DNA of 26,068 nucleotides from positions 1 through 26,068 of the IMG/VR virus record IMGVR_UViG_3300047390_000225; one strand, given 5' to 3'. This DNA comes from a virus. Its lineage: Duplodnaviria > Caudoviricetes. Under the pieces are notes generated by a model, which was given only the letters and a program-made list of their open reading frames with translations, made no database searches and was not told the origin of the DNA. Positions 21,746 to 26,068 of the stretch are shown here, in pieces. Numbering within the stretch: the first letter of the stretch is position 1; every line of letters begins with the position of its first letter. Position numbers and translations under genes: made by a program.

Positions 21746-23175
21746 ATTGATCCTACTATAATTTTATGATTATAAGTTTTTTCCCAAAGTTCTATATCTT
21801 TTTCATCATTTAGCAAAGGCTGACCCTTAATATTTAAACTTGTATTTAATAGAACTGGCACACCAGTTTGTAAATAAAACTTATTTAAAACTCGCCACAA
21901 ATCTCTGTGTTGATGACGATTAACGGTTTGTACTCTAGAGGTTCCATCAGCATGAACAACTGACGGGATCTTTTCTGGCTGAAGACATTTTACTGTGTAC
22001 TGCATATATGGACTAGTAAAATCCATATCAAACCATTTATCTGCACATTCTTCCATAACAACTGGGGCGAATGGTCTAAAAGGTTCACGCTGCTTTATTA
22101 AATTAACCCTATCCTTTATATCAGGGTCTCTTGGATCAGCAAGTATGCTTCTATTGCCTAATGCTCGTGGTCCGTATTCTGCTCTTCCTGTTGCTACCGC
22201 CACAATTTTATCTTTTAATATACCCTCGACAATTTCATTGACGGGATACTTACCTCCTAAATCATAACCAAGGTATGGCGTTTTCCAGTTTAAATGTTTT
22301 CCGTAGAGGGCTGCTGCTGCTCCTAGTGATGATCCAGCATCTCCTGGGTTTGGCATAATCCATATATCATCAAAAATATTCCATAACTCTGTATTTGCTG
22401 AAGAATTTAAAGCACATCCACCCATAAACACCAAATTGTATTTGCCAGTAATTTTTTGTGCGTGTTGCATAAACTCAGTTAGTCTATTCTTATACACATC
22501 CTGTACTGCTGCAGCGATATCAAATTTGTCTTGTTCTGTTTTAACCCAGCCCCAGTCTGTAATTCCTTTATGGAAGTTATATTTTTGTTTTTTTATTGAG
22601 GGGAAATATTCATTAACTTTTTTATAGTATTTTTTTGAATCACCATACGCTGCCATACCCATCATAATATATTCTTCTTGGTTCGGCATTAGGCCAATTA
22701 ACTGTGTGAATGAGGAATAGAATAGGCCAAAACTAAATGGGTAATTGTGCTTTTCTTTTAGTGTTATCTTAGAGCCTTGCCCAGTCCAAATTGTTGACGT
22801 GTTGAATTCACCAATAGAGTCTAAAACAACTATTACGGCATCATCAAAGGTGCTTGTAAAATATCCTGCTGCTGCGTGAGAATAATGATGTTTAAATGAT
22901 ACTCTTGGAACGTTCTCTATATTAAACTTTGGTTTCCAATCTCCCAAGCCACCATTTAATACAAGCCTTGTTTTTTTTAAAAGTGGCTTTTCGTAATAGG
23001 CTATGTAGTCTGGTTTTCCATATGACAATGCGTCTTTAATTAAATCATTGTTTACATACCAATCATTTTTTTGCTTGCTGTATCTTTCTGAATGACCCGC
23101 AAATAATATTTTATTATTGTCAATTAAAGACACAGATGCATCGTGGGATGTTTCGTTAATACCTAAAATTATCAT
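21742..23175 (-). CDS. carbamoyltransferase, NodU/CmcH/TobZ family
   Basis: HDASVSL...ERYSKQK, HHYSHAA, MMGMAAYG, GGCALN, PGDAGSSLGA, GRAEYGPRALGNRSILADP, KQREPFRPFAP, HADGTSRVQTV, LLNTSLN. Confidence 0.95.
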   Translation of the reverse strand: MIILGINETSHDASVSLIDNNKILFAGHSERYSKQKNDWYVNNDLIKDALSYGKPDYIAYYEKPLLKKTRLVLNGGLGDWKPKFNIENVPRVSFKHHYSHAAAGYFTSTFDDAVIVVLDSIGEFNTSTIWTGQGSKITLKEKHNYPFSFGLFYSSFTQLIGLMPNQEEYIMMGMAAYGDSKKYYKKVNEYFPSIKKQKYNFHKGITDWGWVKTEQDKFDIAAAVQDVYKNRLTEFMQHAQKITGKYNLVFMGGCALNSSANTELWNIFDDIWIMPNPGDAGSSLGAAAALYGKHLNWKTPYLGYDLGGKYPVNEIVEGILKDKIVAVATGRAEYGPRALGNRSILADPRDPDIKDRVNLIKQREPFRPFAPVVMEECADKWFDMDFTSPYMQYTVKCLQPEKIPSVVHADGTSRVQTVNRHQHRDLWRVLNKFYLQTGVPVLLNTSLNIKGQPLLNDEKDIELWEKTYNHKIIVGSI

Positions 23176-23176
23176 A

Positions 23177-23383
23177 TTAATTAATTATCTTTAATACAAC
23201 CTGGCAAGGATCTCCGCCATCCTCCCACTCTTGTTGTTCCTCTTCTGTCATATATGGATCTCCTTCATGCGTATTGCAAAATGGTGGAGTAATCCACTTT
23301 CTGTTAATTCCATTTTCTAGCCAAATGTCAAACTCCTGAATATTAGAAAGTTCTTCTTGCTCTTCTTCAAACATGTTATTCAT
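23177..23383 (-). CDS. small acidic hypothetical protein
   Basis: 68 aa; FDIWLENG...CNTHEGDP...EW..GGDPC. Coupled on both sides. Confidence 0.75.
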   Translation of the reverse strand: MNNMFEEEQEELSNIQEFDIWLENGINRKWITPPFCNTHEGDPYMTEEEQQEWEDGGDPCQVVLKIIN

Positions 23384-23904
23384 TATGCACTCACCGTATC
23401 TATTGGCCCTTTACATGAAGGGGAGTATTCTATTGCTGATGCAACTGCTTGCCTTACTCTGTTTCTAGGATTTTTTTGTTTTTGTGTTGAGTATAAGGAC
23501 CCATATGCATACGCAGAGCCAGAACCCATACATAAAAATGGTTGTTGATATTCTGTTAATGACATATCAATTGCATTGTGCTCAAATATTCTTCCACGAA
23601 TACAGACTATCATTCCAAAATCTGCGTCTTTGGTTGTGTCTACCCACCACTCTTCATAAAACTTTCTTAATGATTTAATAAATTTAGTATACATAAATTT
23701 ATCTAAATTTCCTTCTGGTAGTGGTGGCTTAAAGTTATGTCTAATTCTTTCGCCATCCATAGTTCCAGCATATCCAAAAAGATACGGGCCAGTTTTCCAA
23801 ACTTTGGGGGCAACAATAGACATTATATTATCATCATCGGAAGCGCCACGATCCCCTGCCATAAAAACTTTACCATCTTGTTTAACAACGGCAATAATGG
23901 TCAT
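23383..23904 (-). CDS. Ntn-hydrolase, HslV/proteasome beta-like peptidase
   Basis: N-terminal M-T-IIAV (Thr1 nucleophile), AGD, KVWK, GYAG, GSGSAYAYG. Confidence 0.85.
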   Translation of the reverse strand: MTIIAVVKQDGKVFMAGDRGASDDDNIMSIVAPKVWKTGPYLFGYAGTMDGERIRHNFKPPLPEGNLDKFMYTKFIKSLRKFYEEWWVDTTKDADFGMIVCIRGRIFEHNAIDMSLTEYQQPFLCMGSGSAYAYGSLYSTQKQKNPRNRVRQAVASAIEYSPSCKGPIDTVSA

Positions 23905-23920
23905 AGGAATCCTCTCAAAC

Positions 23921-23959
23921 TGGTATATTTAAGTATACCAAAAAATTTTGGCTAGTCAA
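23921..23959 (-). promoter_or_regulatory. operon promoter overlapped by a near-perfect palindrome
   Basis: TTGACT (23959-23954), 16 nt, TATACT (23937-23932) with TG extension. TGGTATA-TTTAAG-TATACCA at 23921-23940. GAGGA SD before ATG23904. Confidence 0.7.
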
Positions 23960-23965
23960 GCACTA

Positions 23966-24553
23966 TTATTTTATAGTTTGTCCACATGCTGAGCATGTTT
24001 TTGGTTTAGCAGTACCCTTTTTTACAGGGGCTGCTGGTGTTTTTGATGCAGAGGCACCAAATTTAGGTCTTCCAAAACCCACAATAGAAATAAGAATTCC
24101 TTTTTTATTTTTCTTATAGGCACGAAGTTTTTTACAAACCTCTCCACCATTGCGCTGACTACCCTTTGGATCTCCTGAAGTATTTCCTTCAACACACCAG
24201 ACTGTTCCATCTTCATTATCTTTAACAACAATTGCTACATGGGATATTCTATCTACCCCGTCAGATGGGAAATCAAAGTATGCAATATCTCCTGGCTCTG
24301 GATCTGCAACATCCACATCAATCCATTGACCAGACTTTTTAAATGCTGCTGCGCCACCAGGAGTGTAAACAGTATTAGGAATTTTTACTCCTGCTTCATT
24401 CCCGCACCAATTTACAAAAGATCCGCACCATGGTTGGAAATTGGCTTTAGTATATGCTCCATACTTTGTTTCATTATCTTTAGGACCTTCAACAGTTCCT
24501 ACTTCTGCAGTGGCAACTTCAATAAGTCGTGCTGCTGTACCTTGCTCCGCCAT
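23966..24553 (-). CDS. CHAP-domain peptidoglycan hydrolase (endolysin)
   Basis: NETKYG...QPWCGSFVNW, PEPGDIAYFDF, SHVAIV, VEGNTS, IVGFGRP. Confidence 0.9.
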   Translation of the reverse strand: MAEQGTAARLIEVATAEVGTVEGPKDNETKYGAYTKANFQPWCGSFVNWCGNEAGVKIPNTVYTPGGAAAFKKSGQWIDVDVADPEPGDIAYFDFPSDGVDRISHVAIVVKDNEDGTVWCVEGNTSGDPKGSQRNGGEVCKKLRAYKKNKKGILISIVGFGRPKFGASASKTPAAPVKKGTAKPKTCSACGQTIK

Positions 24554-24957
24554 TATTTATCCCAATCTGTATCGACTGGTTGTTCTTCTGGCATTGCGCC
24601 GTCAGGTTTATTTAATCTCCGTGCCTTTGCTTCATCAATTTCTGATTCAAGTTTTTTATCTGCTAATGTATTTTTAGAATCCATTTCTTTATTAGACAAC
24701 TGTGCATCCATAATATCTTTTGCACCAGACTGACCAATTAAAATACCTGCAAGTGTTCCAGTAATAAAAGTTGCTACGCTACCAAGAACATTAAAAAACA
24801 TTTTATCGTTTTCGGATTGACCAGTTAATGGTTGCTCAACAAAGACAAGGGCATATAAAATCCCCATTGTTGTAAAGAATAAAATTGCTCCTAAAGTAAG
24901 ACCTAATACAAATTTTAATAAACCATCTAGTTCTGCTTGCGTCCTTCTTTTACTCAT
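24553..24957 (-). CDS. two-TM membrane protein, candidate holin
   Basis: Two hydrophobic helices (LLKFVLGLTLGAILFFTTMGILYALVFV; FFNVLGSVATFITGTLAGILIG) and a charged tail. TAATG-coupled to the CHAP gene. Confidence 0.55.
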   Translation of the reverse strand: MSKRRTQAELDGLLKFVLGLTLGAILFFTTMGILYALVFVEQPLTGQSENDKMFFNVLGSVATFITGTLAGILIGQSGAKDIMDAQLSNKEMDSKNTLADKKLESEIDEAKARRLNKPDGAMPEEQPVDTDWDK

Positions 24958-25135
24958 TGTTAGTTTCCTTTACTAAATCTTTTGTGCATGTACCGTTTGC
25001 TTCACAGATTGGCGGATTACATGCTGCTTCTTTCCAATTTGTTGGGTCTTGACAGGAATACCTGTAGCGACTTGAACAAGCAGAAAGGCTTATTACAAGT
25101 ATACCGCAAAGTAGGACTGAGGTCAACTTTCTCAT
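24950..25135 (-). CDS. small Cys-rich lipoprotein
   Basis: Signal peptide plus lipobox LSAC; CQDP...CNPPICEANGTC. Leaderless promoter TATAAT 25147-25142, 6 nt, ATG25135. Confidence 0.75.
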   Translation of the reverse strand: MRKLTSVLLCGILVISLSACSSRYRYSCQDPTNWKEAACNPPICEANGTCTKDLVKETNNE

Positions 25136-25175
25136 ATTTATATTATACTATACATTAAAATAATTTTTTATAGTA

Positions 25176-25352
25176 TTATTCGTCTTCTTTACGTATTCCT
25201 ATGGTTGCAAACCATATGGCTACCGATGCTAGGGTTACATACCCTACTACCGTCTTTGCGCTGCCTTCAAGTACTACCCAGGCCACAAAGAAGCCAAGGA
25301 ATGTAAAGTTTTCGTTTAGGGCTGCCATGCCCCATTCTTTGAACTTTTTCAT
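25176..25352 (-). CDS. small two-TM membrane protein (58 aa)
   Basis: Start ATG25352 (AAGGAG SD): MKKFKEWGMAALNENFTFLGFFVAWVVLEGSAKTVVGYVTLASVAIWFATIGIRKEDE. Confidence 0.75.
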   Translation of the reverse strand: MKKFKEWGMAALNENFTFLGFFVAWVVLEGSAKTVVGYVTLASVAIWFATIGIRKEDE

Positions 25353-25353
25353 T

Positions 25354-26068
25354 TTATCTCCTTCTTCTAGGTGCGGTAGCAACAACCAATTGACCAGCAA
25401 TGATCGTTACAACCACAATATCTTCTGCTTTTTCACGTTCTGGAATAGACATATCAGCACCCATGTTAAGTAGGGCTTTGCCCAACTCACATTTTTGCTC
25501 TTCTGTCAAACCTTCAATTGCTTCATCTGGATTAAAACAAGCAGCAATTGCTCCTGCCAGCGCTGCTGGACTTTCTAATACAAGGAGGGCAGATGCTACC
25601 TCTGCTTGAATTACTACGGGGTTTCCGTTTACATCTTCTCTTACCTCTACTGGAATTGTAGGTGGAAGATCACGATATTCAAGTCCCGCCGATTCTATGT
25701 TTGCAGCAGTTACTGGTGCTCCCTCTGCTGATGACACTAATACGTCTGCAACTAAATCTTTTTCTACTAAAGTAAACTTACCGTCTTCGCTTAATGCCTC
25801 TGATAAATTAACAACTTCTGCAGTTGTTATTTCTCCATCTGCAGAAAGCATTTCTGTAATAAATTCTGCTTCCGCTTCTGTTAATCCGCCTTCTGATAAA
25901 GATTCAGACACTTCAGCAGCAATCTCTGCAGAAACCTCTCCACCTTCAGCAATTGCTTCTAGTACTGCAGAAACCTCAGATGCATCTAAACTACTATCGC
26001 TAATTAAATCAGTAATAACTTCTTGAATATCTTCTACAGAAAGATTTGCACCACTTTCTGATATTTCT
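25354..26068 (-). CDS. C-terminal part of a large acidic repeat protein with C-terminal membrane anchor (runs off window end)
   Basis: Frame stays open from 26067 to the stop at 25354. About 17-18 aa acidic repeats. Ends IVVVTIIAGQLVVATAPRRRR. Confidence 0.75.
   Translation of the reverse strand, partial: EISESGANLSVEDIQEVITDLISDSSLDASEVSAVLEAIAEGGEVSAEIAAEVSESLSEGGLTEAEAEFITEMLSADGEITTAEVVNLSEALSEDGKFTLVEKDLVADVLVSSAEGAPVTAANIESAGLEYRDLPPTIPVEVREDVNGNPVVIQAEVASALLVLESPAALAGAIAACFNPDEAIEGLTEEQKCELGKALLNMGADMSIPEREKAEDIVVVTIIAGQLVVATAPRRRR

Noticed and set aside
2594-26026. Numerous shadow ORFs in the track (e.g. 2594-, 4901-, 5658+, 5800-, 6997+, 7068+, 7238+, 8167+, 8580+, 10407-, 10457+, 10674+, 10852+, 11195+, 11292+, 11567+, 12471+, 13077+, 14260+, 17094+, 18226+, 19740+, 20170+, 20891+, 21995+, 22436+, 23357+, 23484+, 23737+, 24022-, 24239+, 24441+, 25201+, 25400+, 25697+)
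   Set aside because: They lie antisense or out of frame within well-supported genes, with no motifs or translation signals. The similar pair 4901/5800 merely mirrors the gene duplication.
1-26068. CRISPR array, integrase/transposase, reverse transcriptase or long ncRNA
   Set aside because: No regularly spaced repeats or such protein motifs were seen. After adding the small ORFs, no intergenic gap is long enough (all under about 100 bp) for a large RNA.
1-26068. Stop-codon reassignment
   Set aside because: TAA, TAG and TGA all end genes at coupled junctions, recognisable domains are uninterrupted under the standard code, and there is no suppressor tRNA.

Overview
AT-rich, very gene-dense 26 kb segment that reads as the accessory region of a large tailed dsDNA phage. 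The likely host is a (probably freshwater) actinobacterium, based on a WhiB regulator, an FmdB-type Zn ribbon, a small actinobacterial-type Cys/His protein and pervasive leaderless sigma70/SigA-type promoters. No capsid, terminase or polymerase gene is in the window, so the phage call rests on gene content and organisation. It carries six 2OG-Fe(II) oxygenases plus a JmjC/cupin hydroxylase, a fused double glycosyltransferase, a Stealth-like phosphotransferase, a NodU/CmcH carbamoyltransferase, a SAM methyltransferase and tandem SGNH-like paralogs. It also has Hsp20, a thermonuclease, an HslV-like and a trypsin-like protease, four tRNAs, a lipoprotein/membrane protein/CHAP lysis-like cassette, and several small ORFs missed by the ORF track. 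Best leads: (1) a tightly coupled 5.7 kb operon of HslV-like protease, carbamoyltransferase, two or three dUTPase-fold-like paralogs, a degenerate Gnt1/GT60-like glycosyltransferase and a prolyl-hydroxylase-like enzyme; (2) hsp20 flanked by a ROSE-like thermometer at the 5' end and an H-type pseudoknot at the 3' end; (3) nine leaderless promoters; (4) atypical tRNAs. All family calls come from motif recognition by eye, not from database searches.
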